Source of the DNA: a virus
Taxonomy: Duplodnaviria; Heunggongvirae; Uroviricota; Caudoviricetes
Strand: one strand, 5' to 3'
IMG/VR virus record: IMGVR_UViG_3300042006_000024
DNA length: 64,000 bases
A program made the position numbers and the translations under genes. This document shows, in pieces, positions 35,453 to 42,701 of the stretch (position 1 is its first letter; every line of letters begins with the position of its first letter). The notes beneath the pieces are model-generated. The model searched no databases, was not told the DNA's origin, and was given only the letters and a program-made list of their open reading frames with translations.

Positions 35453-35537
35453 CGATCTACCTTTTTGATGGTGTTGAGAATAAATTTCATGTGAACCTAT
35501 TTAGGATAGGATATTATAACAGAGGAAAGCAGGAAGG

Positions 35538-35566
35538 CGAAACTCTTTTGTCTAGAGTTTCGCCTT
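35538..35566 (-). terminator. terminator-like hairpin
   Basis: ggcgaaactct-tttgtct-agagtttcgcc inverted repeat. Confidence 0.5.
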
Positions 35567-35596
35567 CCTGGTGTTACGGTGTATCGTTGCGCGGTG

Positions 35597-36061
35597 TTAC
35601 TTCTTGACGTAACCAGCGGCCTTCTTGGCAACGCTGAGCATCGAGTAGAACGTGGTCTTGCGCAAAGGTTCGAGACCAAGTGCTGCACCCCTTTTATTCG
35701 CCTCGTCGAAAAGTTCACCAGTACTCTTATTGAAGCCAACTTCTGCGAACATCTTGTTCAGCATTTCCCAACGACCGTTGCGAGGGTGATAACCACGCTC
35801 ATCGACACCATCGTTTGCTATTGATGGTGCTGGGGTTGGAGCCGGAATAGTCGCGATAACGGTACCTGTCGCTTTCTTGCTCCTGGAGCCCTTAGCTGGT
35901 TGCACAGCTGGTGTTGCGGCATTCAGTTGCGAGTCTTCAGCGTTCAACTCAGCGAGCAAGCTAGCGAGATCAGTACCTTCAAGATGCGCAAGCATCTTGA
36001 TTGATTCGATTGCGATTTTAGCGACTTCAATGCGAGCTTTGGTAGTGTCGATAGTTTTCAT
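35597..36061 (-). CDS. putative DNA-binding protein, paralogue 1
   Basis: C-terminal domain PRNGRW...FAE...EANKRG...FYSMLS shared with 36169-36864. Confidence 0.65.
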   Translation of the reverse strand: MKTIDTTKARIEVAKIAIESIKMLAHLEGTDLASLLAELNAEDSQLNAATPAVQPAKGSRSKKATGTVIATIPAPTPAPSIANDGVDERGYHPRNGRWEMLNKMFAEVGFNKSTGELFDEANKRGAALGLEPLRKTTFYSMLSVAKKAAGYVKK

Positions 36062-36168
36062 GGTAGTACTCCAAGTATTCAAGAATGGTTTCAGAACACA
36101 ACAGACTCACTAACAGAAACGACGCAATACTACGAAAACAATGCGTTTGAATCGATTACAGCTAACTG

Positions 36169-36864
36169 TTAACTCTTGTCTGTGTCAGCAGCACCTGCGT
36201 CATTGCTAGTGCTTGTGTCTGCTGCTTTGTTGTCATCTTTGTTTACATCTTTAACACTAGCAGCCGTAGCCGCAGCCGTCAAGCTTTTCTTTTTCGCCAT
36301 ACTCAACATCGAGTAGAAGCTACCGCGATTCAGCTCTTTCAGACCAGCAGCTACACCACGCTTGTTCGCTTCGATGTACAGGGCCGCTGCATCATCGAAC
36401 CCCTTTTCAGCGAACAGTGCGTTCAGCACAGTCCAGCGACCGTTGCGCGGCTTGAAGCCCTTTTCACCACGAGCGATGTCAGTACCTGGAGCGCGTGCTT
36501 TTGGTGTTGCTGGGGCCGCCGGCGCTGCTGGTGGTGCATCAGTCTTCGGTGCATCTTCGACCTTTGGAGCATCGGTCTTTGGTGCATCAGCTTCAGTTTT
36601 TTTACCGCCCTTCTTCGACGACGAAGTCTTTGCAGCTTTCTTCGCGTCTTCAGCAGCTTGCAGGGCGGCCTCTTCGTCAGCTACGCGCTGGTCGATGATC
36701 TTGCACGCTTCGTCGTGAAAGTCTTTCATCGCACGCTTGGCGGTCGTCTCGCTCATACCGAACTGTTCAGCGAGTTCTTTCGCTTTCAGTTGCGGCTTCA
36801 GCAGGGATTCGATAGCGAGGTTCAGTTTAACAGCTGGGTCGATAACTTTGATTGGGCTAGTCAT
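36169..36864 (-). CDS. putative DNA-binding protein, paralogue 2 (N-terminal HTH, Ala/Lys/Pro linker)
   Basis: KAKELAEQFGMSETTAKRAM HTH; histone-like linker; two tandem early promoters upstream. Confidence 0.7.
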   Translation of the reverse strand: MTSPIKVIDPAVKLNLAIESLLKPQLKAKELAEQFGMSETTAKRAMKDFHDEACKIIDQRVADEEAALQAAEDAKKAAKTSSSKKGGKKTEADAPKTDAPKVEDAPKTDAPPAAPAAPATPKARAPGTDIARGEKGFKPRNGRWTVLNALFAEKGFDDAAALYIEANKRGVAAGLKELNRGSFYSMLSMAKKKSLTAAATAASVKDVNKDDNKAADTSTSNDAGAADTDKS

Positions 36865-36911
36865 GATGTAGGTCTCTCTTCAGAATGGTGTAGTTTCGCT
36901 TCAGTGATTTC

Positions 36912-36940
36912 ATCTTAACTCTAGTGAGTACCTGCGTCAA
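36912..36940 (-). promoter_or_regulatory. early promoter
   Basis: TTGACG-17-TAAGAT. Confidence 0.6.
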
Positions 36941-37019
36941 CCTGTTTCTTCAATCTTTTTGGTTTTCGCTTTCTGACTCGCTCTGCAACCACTTCACGTT
37001 TCGTCTTTCTATAGAGCAG

Positions 37020-37064
37020 ATACTACAATGGTCTAACAGTTGCGTCAACCTGTTAGACCATTGT
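37020..37064 (-). promoter_or_regulatory. early promoter embedded in a 15-bp perfect inverted repeat
   Basis: TTGACG-17-TAGTAT; arms acaatggtctaacag (37025-37039)/ctgttagaccattgt (37050-37064). Confidence 0.6.
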
Positions 37065-37082
37065 GATTACCTATCGACTAGG

Positions 37083-37700
37083 TTATGCTGATAGCTTGCT
37101 GTACCAATCAAGCGCGTCCTTCGGCGCGATGTAATCCCAACTTGCTTGTTTGACAAGCAAGAACGCCGTAGGGTCGCCCATGAACTGTTCACCACCTGCG
37201 ATCAACTGCTTGTAGGTCTTCATTGCAGTCTCACGGTCTACGGTGATGTAGGCGCTGTTGCATTCATGCTCACGGCTCTCAACACGCGACACATAGCACC
37301 GACCGTTGGTAACGTGGGTGATATACGGTGAAATGAACTCCCAGATGAACAGAGAGGACATTTCCATGCTTACGCCGCATGGTAGAATGCGCAACTTGCT
37401 GAACAGACCACCTGGCTTGGTCATTTCTTGTGTGATACCACTGATACGCTGGTCGTTCGCTGGCAAGACGATTGTGTGGTCAAAGTAGAATTCAAGAAAC
37501 TTCTTGACTTCTTGCAGTTCACCGAAGGGAACGATCCAACCATTTTCGTCAATTTCACCAGAGAAGGTGAGAGAGATCGTTCGGTCATAACCATGAACGC
37601 TTGCGCACTCACCTGGCGAGCCGTCTGGTTCTTTGTCGAAGAACTGGGCATGCGCCGTTGCAAGTCGTTGATAAACTTTGGTGCTGTGAACCTCAATCAT
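37083..37700 (-). CDS. queD: 6-carboxy-5,6,7,8-tetrahydropterin synthase
   Basis: TAHAQ...GECASVHGYDR, FDHT, SMEMSS, EHECNSA. Confidence 0.85.
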   Translation of the reverse strand: MIEVHSTKVYQRLATAHAQFFDKEPDGSPGECASVHGYDRTISLTFSGEIDENGWIVPFGELQEVKKFLEFYFDHTIVLPANDQRISGITQEMTKPGGLFSKLRILPCGVSMEMSSLFIWEFISPYITHVTNGRCYVSRVESREHECNSAYITVDRETAMKTYKQLIAGGEQFMGDPTAFLLVKQASWDYIAPKDALDWYSKLSA

Positions 37701-37935
37701 TTTTCAAGTCCTTCCTCATGACACCTAGGTACATTTTGATGAACGCTGCCAAGCTTAGCAGTGAACCTATTAACGTGAAGAACAGCGCTTGGTAGTCGCC
37801 CTTGTCGAACGTTAACCAAACCCAGCACGCATCAGCAAACAGGTATGTTGCTACAGCTTGATAGATTTTACCCTTTAATGAAAGGAAGGCCCCGATACAC
37901 ATCAGGATACCTCCCCATGTTGCGATGGTGATCAT
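37693..37935 (-). CDS. small 3-TM membrane protein
   Basis: Three hydrophobic helices; overlaps queD start. Confidence 0.65.
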   Translation of the reverse strand: MITIATWGGILMCIGAFLSLKGKIYQAVATYLFADACWVWLTFDKGDYQALFFTLIGSLLSLAAFIKMYLGVMRKDLKND

Positions 37936-37938
37936 CAG

Positions 37939-38823
37939 TTAGCGTCCGATTTGATCATCGCCCCAGATCAGAACATGTACCCGAGGGCTAACGTTCCACT
38001 GGTATTCTTTGATCGCTTTGTCTGCGATACGACCTACAGCAGGGTCAAGCTGTTGACCGATCACACCGCCTACAGGCATTACCCATACATCAATGTCGCA
38101 GTAGTTGCAAGATCCGCAGTGTTCGAGGACGTGTACGATGTTTGCAGCTTGATCCCAGGCACGCTGGTCTTCGTTCAACACGAACTTCAGGTAGCTCTGA
38201 GGGCAGAGGTTGACGTATTCAGCCATCAGGTCAATGCGAATCGCTTTCTTCGGCTCTTCACCTGAGACGTGCAACAGCTTAGGCGACATAGAGAAGTAGA
38301 CATGACACTCATGGTCTTTCAGCGCTTGGATCGCCTTACGCAACTCGGGTTTGATCTTCTGAGTAACGTTCGTTTCGAAGCCGACCCATGCTGGCCAGTC
38401 TTCATCGACATCGATCCAGTACATGATGATTTCAGCAATTGCTTCCTGCTGCATCATAGGTTCACCGCCTGTGAAGACGTGACCGATCTTACCGAAGTTC
38501 TTTTGACCCGTCATTGCACGGATTTCAGTCGCAACTTCACGCGTGGTCTTGGTCTTGACGAGGTGCTTGAACTGTGCGCTCCACGAGTATGCGGAATCGC
38601 AACCAGTGCTTGGGGTTGGCACTTTCTCAAGCTCGGTGATGTTCTTCACGTCGATCAGCGGGTATTGCTCAGCCCATGTCTCAGGGTTGCCCGGTTCGAC
38701 TTGACCGAAGCCACGGCACTGCAACGAACACAGATACAAGCGCAGCCAAGTGCACAGCTTACCTGTGTTGAGTGCTTCACCCTGAATCGAGTAGAACATC
38801 TCAGTGAACTTTACATCTTTCAT
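37939..38823 (-). CDS. queE: 7-carboxy-7-deazaguanine synthase (radical SAM)
   Basis: EMFYSIQGE, CSLQCRGF, GCDSAYSW, FTGGEPMMQ, SPRVHVLIWG. Confidence 0.92.
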   Translation of the reverse strand: MKDVKFTEMFYSIQGEALNTGKLCTWLRLYLCSLQCRGFGQVEPGNPETWAEQYPLIDVKNITELEKVPTPSTGCDSAYSWSAQFKHLVKTKTTREVATEIRAMTGQKNFGKIGHVFTGGEPMMQQEAIAEIIMYWIDVDEDWPAWVGFETNVTQKIKPELRKAIQALKDHECHVYFSMSPKLLHVSGEEPKKAIRIDLMAEYVNLCPQSYLKFVLNEDQRAWDQAANIVHVLEHCGSCNYCDIDVWVMPVGGVIGQQLDPAVGRIADKAIKEYQWNVSPRVHVLIWGDDQIGR

Positions 38824-39416
38824 ACTTTAGCTGTCCGGTAGTTTTCGAAGAGTGCATTGTACAAGGTGTCCTCATTAGTGCACAACAGGTCAAGCCACGA
38901 TTTGATGAACGCCATGTCAGTGGCCGGTTCTTCATCTTGATGGTATGGTGTCATGTACTGAATAGGGACGATCCCTGCTTTCTGCACCTTATTTAGGTGG
39001 TCGACTCGATCATCAATCAAGATGTCTACGCGGGCGAACTGTTTCTGATCAGTGCCGATGAAACCAGACATGAACGGGAAGTTGCGTTCAAGAAAGCTCT
39101 TCTTACTTTCGAAGTGATTACCCATCAGCTTCGACACGAAGACGATCTGGTGATGTCTGCTGAGTTCCTTCAACGCATTGACAGAGTGCGCGATAGGCTC
39201 AAGCTCATCGTAGACATACTCCTCATCCCAGAAGTCAAGCGCAGTTTCTGGATTGACGAAGCCAAACAGCTCACCGAAGTGATATGGAATCATACCACGT
39301 TCAGCGATCAGCTCAGCATGGTTAAGTTTGTTGCGACACTTCGAGTTGCACCAGTCAAACCACGCAATGTCGCTGTTCACGACAGTCAGGTCAACGTCTA
39401 CGCCGATGATAGCCAT
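38820..39416 (-). CDS. 5'(3')-deoxyribonucleotidase, HAD family
   Basis: GVDVDLTVV motif I, LIDDR motif IV. Confidence 0.8.
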   Translation of the reverse strand: MAIIGVDVDLTVVNSDIAWFDWCNSKCRNKLNHAELIAERGMIPYHFGELFGFVNPETALDFWDEEYVYDELEPIAHSVNALKELSRHHQIVFVSKLMGNHFESKKSFLERNFPFMSGFIGTDQKQFARVDILIDDRVDHLNKVQKAGIVPIQYMTPYHQDEEPATDMAFIKSWLDLLCTNEDTLYNALFENYRTAKV

Positions 39417-39417
39417 A

Positions 39418-39909
39418 TTAGTTGTCGAACTCGACGTAGGTGATGTCAGCAAAGCCGATGCTCTTGACGATGTCCACGATGCGATCCCAGTCACCACCAC
39501 CCAGACCTGCGCCGATCTTCGGGATACCGAACTTCGGTTGAACAGGGTATGCAGCAAACATCATGTTGATCGCGTACATGCCACGCTCAAACGCTTCGTA
39601 GTCGATGTGGACACCAGGCCCGCCCATCGTTGCTTGCGTGTACAGGTTGATACCGAACGGCCGGTCGATGAATGGGTTGCCTGTCTGAGTCTCATACTTG
39701 ACAAGCTGAGCAACCGAGAAGTGACCGAGCTTGCGGATGTCGCTCATCCGAGTCGCCAAGTCAGCCTCATACATCTCAGGCAGTTCACGACGAATCTCAG
39801 CAGCGATGCCGCTACCCATCGTGTTGTGGATGTTCGCACCGTGAATGATGATGTCGAACTGGCCTTGCTTGACCATCGATACCAGATTACCTGTAACAGT
39901 TTTCATCAT
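39418..39909 (-). CDS. macrodomain protein (ADP-ribose binding/hydrolysis)
   Basis: IIHGANIHNTMGSGIA, NLYTQ, PKIGAGLGGGDW. Confidence 0.9.
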   Translation of the reverse strand: MMKTVTGNLVSMVKQGQFDIIIHGANIHNTMGSGIAAEIRRELPEMYEADLATRMSDIRKLGHFSVAQLVKYETQTGNPFIDRPFGINLYTQATMGGPGVHIDYEAFERGMYAINMMFAAYPVQPKFGIPKIGAGLGGGDWDRIVDIVKSIGFADITYVEFDN

Positions 39910-39921
39910 GATTTCCTTGAG

Positions 39922-40512
39922 TTAGGCGATGTTAGATTGCAGCACGGCGATGAGTACCCGCGATGCACGCGCAGACAGGTTACAGTCGAGGATCATCTGA
40001 GCAAGTGTCGCGATGTCCGATGATTCAGTATCGACTGGTTTAGCTTCGACTACAACCGCTTTCGTCTCAAGCTGAGTAGGGAACTGACGCAGAGCAGTCA
40101 GAACTTCAGGAGTGCCAGCAGGCTTGGTTGGCAGCACCGCGTCAAACAGGTTGACTTCGGTTTTGTTTTTGTAGGTGATCTGGTTGACAAACCGCTCACG
40201 ATAGATCGAGGTGTGCTTGATGAACAGAACGAAGCGCTTGTCGTGGGACAGGATCTTCGCGTCTTGCAAGTTGACCATGCTGCGACCGTTCTCGACGATG
40301 TAGGCTGCGATCTTCGCGGCATCGAGTTCGCCCAGCTTGAAGTTCTCGGAGTGCAGGGTGAAGGTTTCAACACGCTCGACAGGGGTGAAACTGACAATCC
40401 AGAAGTCACGACCACTGCCGTCGATGCCGGTGGTAACGCCCCAGTACTTCGATTTACCGCGACCGTTTACATAACCGATCCCGTCATACTTCATGCTGTG
40501 AACTCGCTTCAT
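39922..40512 (-). CDS. AP2-like DNA-binding domain protein, paralogue 1
   Basis: GKSKYWGV...W...ELDAAKIA. Confidence 0.65.
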   Translation of the reverse strand: MKRVHSMKYDGIGYVNGRGKSKYWGVTTGIDGSGRDFWIVSFTPVERVETFTLHSENFKLGELDAAKIAAYIVENGRSMVNLQDAKILSHDKRFVLFIKHTSIYRERFVNQITYKNKTEVNLFDAVLPTKPAGTPEVLTALRQFPTQLETKAVVVEAKPVDTESSDIATLAQMILDCNLSARASRVLIAVLQSNIA

Positions 40513-40550
40513 ACTGTCTCTCTTGTGTGGATGTTTCGAAAGTTAGGCGT

Positions 40551-40578
40551 AGTATATCGATGCTGTTTCCTGTGTCAA
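40551..40578 (-). promoter_or_regulatory. early promoter
   Basis: TTGACA-16-TATACT. Confidence 0.65.
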
Positions 40579-40588
40579 CGCCTAAGGC

Positions 40589-40628
40589 AAGAAAACCCTA
40601 GAATCTTTTGAACTCTAGGGTTTTCTTA
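40589..40628 (-). terminator. terminator hairpin between the paralogues
   Basis: aagaaaaccctaga...tctagggttttctt inverted repeat. Confidence 0.65.
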
Positions 40629-40638
40629 CGGAGCGCTG

Positions 40639-41166
40639 TTACTTTTTCAGTTTCAGGATCCCGATCAACAACTTGGCAGCACTTTTCGAGATGTTACCGT
40701 CGAGGATCATTCTTGCGAGGTTCGCGGTGTATTCGTCGTCACCTTTAGCATGTCGCTTGACGTGCTTGATGTCGACATCTGTAACCTGTTCTTCAACCTC
40801 AACCTTGTCGAAGTCAGGGTTCGGTACATAGACGTCTTGATCGGTGTACGGTTCACGGTAGATCGCGTTACCACGCAGTCGCATGACAAACAAGCCGTCT
40901 TCGCACAACACTTTCAGCTTGACAGTCGACGTCTTACGACGACCAGTCTCATAGATCGCGCTGGCGAAGCGCGCTGCATCAACTTCACGCAGGGTGAAAT
41001 CACGCGCGGTCAACGAGTGAGTCACGGTGCCGTCTTGTGGTTGATAGCTGACTGCCCAGAGATCGCTACCGGACTCGCTGGTATTGGTCGTAACGCCCCA
41101 GTACTTCGATTTACCGATGTTGTTGACGTAACCGTGTTCGTCGCGGTTCAAGTTAGACCTTCTCAT
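40639..41166 (-). CDS. AP2-like DNA-binding domain protein, paralogue 2
   Basis: GKSKYWGV...W...EVDAARFA; shared C-terminal LARMILD helix. Confidence 0.65.
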   Translation of the reverse strand: MRRSNLNRDEHGYVNNIGKSKYWGVTTNTSESGSDLWAVSYQPQDGTVTHSLTARDFTLREVDAARFASAIYETGRRKTSTVKLKVLCEDGLFVMRLRGNAIYREPYTDQDVYVPNPDFDKVEVEEQVTDVDIKHVKRHAKGDDEYTANLARMILDGNISKSAAKLLIGILKLKK

Positions 41167-41205
41167 AACAACCTACCTCATCACGTTTGTCTTCACATGA
41201 GTCGG

Positions 41206-41233
41206 ATTCTACACGATGCAGGTAGGTTGTCAA
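41206..41233 (-). promoter_or_regulatory. early promoter
   Basis: TTGACA-16-TAGAAT. Confidence 0.65.
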
Positions 41234-41242
41234 CCGTTTTTG

Positions 41243-41581
41243 TTAGACAGATGTACCATCGTCACCAAGGGCGTTGAGCATACGGTCATCGTAATTGTCG
41301 TTGGCCCAGTCGTAGGACTCGAGGTCTGCTAGGTCGTCATCTTCAAGGTCGAAGTACTCTTCAACGAATGCGATGGCCACGTCAGCGTCTTCGAATTCCA
41401 TGTTGCCGAGGCTGAGGTCAGCAGCGTCATACAGACAGAGAATTGTATTACCTGAGACAGGGTTCCACTTCAGTGCGTAGGACTCTGCGGCTTGTAGCTG
41501 TTCGTCGGTGAACTGAGGGCTTTCGCCTTCCATAAGCTTCACCACACGATTGATTTCCATGTGTTCTTTTAGACTGATCAT
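41243..41581 (-). CDS. acidic late hypothetical protein
   Basis: TAAATA motifs upstream; MISLKEHME N-terminus. Confidence 0.6.
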   Translation of the reverse strand: MISLKEHMEINRVVKLMEGESPQFTDEQLQAAESYALKWNPVSGNTILCLYDAADLSLGNMEFEDADVAIAFVEEYFDLEDDDLADLESYDWANDNYDDRMLNALGDDGTSV

Positions 41582-41647
41582 CTGTATTACCCTTTGTGAG
41601 AATGAATAGTGGTATCAATTTATTTATCGACACCACTATTTACGCAA

Positions 41648-42295
41648 TCACATCAAGTCGAACTCATCAGGTACTTCAATCGTCCCTAGACCGTAGCCCA
41701 GCGCGTGTTGTAGCAAGATCACGTCCTTGCAGCAGTCGTGGAGTGAGTTGTGTTTGACGAACCCTTCAAACAGCCCTTTAGGGACTGGCAGCTTACGCAG
41801 GTGTGGGTCGAGCATGGCGTAGGAGATCGCAGTGCGTACATCACGTTGCTGCCAGAATGCTACAGGGAAGTTATCTTCGGTTGCATTGAATACAGTGCGC
41901 ATGATGTTTGCAAGAATTGAAAAATCGAACGATGCACCACGCACATACGCCAGCGAGTTCTTAGGGTCAACGCCAGAGCTGACACAGAATTCCTTGAACG
42001 CATTGATACCGTCTTGGATGCTGACGTCGATCTGCGACGGGTTGAAGACTTCGCGAGCTTCAGCACCTTGCTTAGCCCACCAGTCCAGAGTCGATTGATC
42101 AACAGTCCGACCTTTCTGTGTACGCACATCGAACTTTACCCTGAACATGCGCTTAGGGCTGTTGATGAGGTCGGTGAACTTGTCGATCTTCGATTCATCG
42201 AACACTACAGCGGCGAGGTCGAGAACGATAGCAGTAGGGCGAACGTCAACAGTTTCGAAGTCGAACAGGACGCTAGGCTGTTGTGGTTTAGACAT
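41648..42295 (-). CDS. dexA: DexA-like 3'-5' exonuclease (DEDDh)
   Basis: FDFETV, RGASFDFSIL, WQQRDVRT, HNSLHDC. Confidence 0.85.
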   Translation of the reverse strand: MSKPQQPSVLFDFETVDVRPTAIVLDLAAVVFDESKIDKFTDLINSPKRMFRVKFDVRTQKGRTVDQSTLDWWAKQGAEAREVFNPSQIDVSIQDGINAFKEFCVSSGVDPKNSLAYVRGASFDFSILANIMRTVFNATEDNFPVAFWQQRDVRTAISYAMLDPHLRKLPVPKGLFEGFVKHNSLHDCCKDVILLQHALGYGLGTIEVPDEFDLM

Positions 42296-42611
42296 TGCTG
42301 TTTCTCGTTGAATGCCATGGGCACAGTTGATTGATCAGACAGATATTAGAACCGAAGTAGTTCTTATTGTCCAGTTTAGGGCAGGTACATCCTTTGATCT
42401 TAACCCAATGCGTGTGATAACGCGCATCTTGTGGGAACTTCCACACCTTCTGCAACTTGAACTCGACCTGTTCGATCAGGTTCACTGGATTGTCATAGTT
42501 CTCAGGGTTCGTCAGTAGGTCGTCAAGTGCGTTATACAACGCTTGCAACTTTTCGTGGTCGGCGTCATCAAGCCCTTGTTGTTCAGCGAGTACTAGGTTT
42601 ACGTTTGCCAT
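42288..42611 (-). CDS. hypothetical protein
   Basis: QKVWKFPQDARYH...CTCPKLDN motif; GGAG RBS; promoter TTGACT-17-TATGCT at 42636-42664. Confidence 0.6.
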   Translation of the reverse strand: MANVNLVLAEQQGLDDADHEKLQALYNALDDLLTNPENYDNPVNLIEQVEFKLQKVWKFPQDARYHTHWVKIKGCTCPKLDNKNYFGSNICLINQLCPWHSTRNSNV

Positions 42612-42701
42612 ATCATCTCCTCTATCTAGCCGTCCAGCATACATGCCTAAGGAATCGGAGTCAACAAAAAGGACCCTTGCGGGCCCTAGTTGGTTAAGCG
42701 A

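Noticed and set aside
36400-36700. Low-complexity repeats (APKTDAPK...)
   Set aside because: Protein linker composition, not a DNA repeat array or CRISPR
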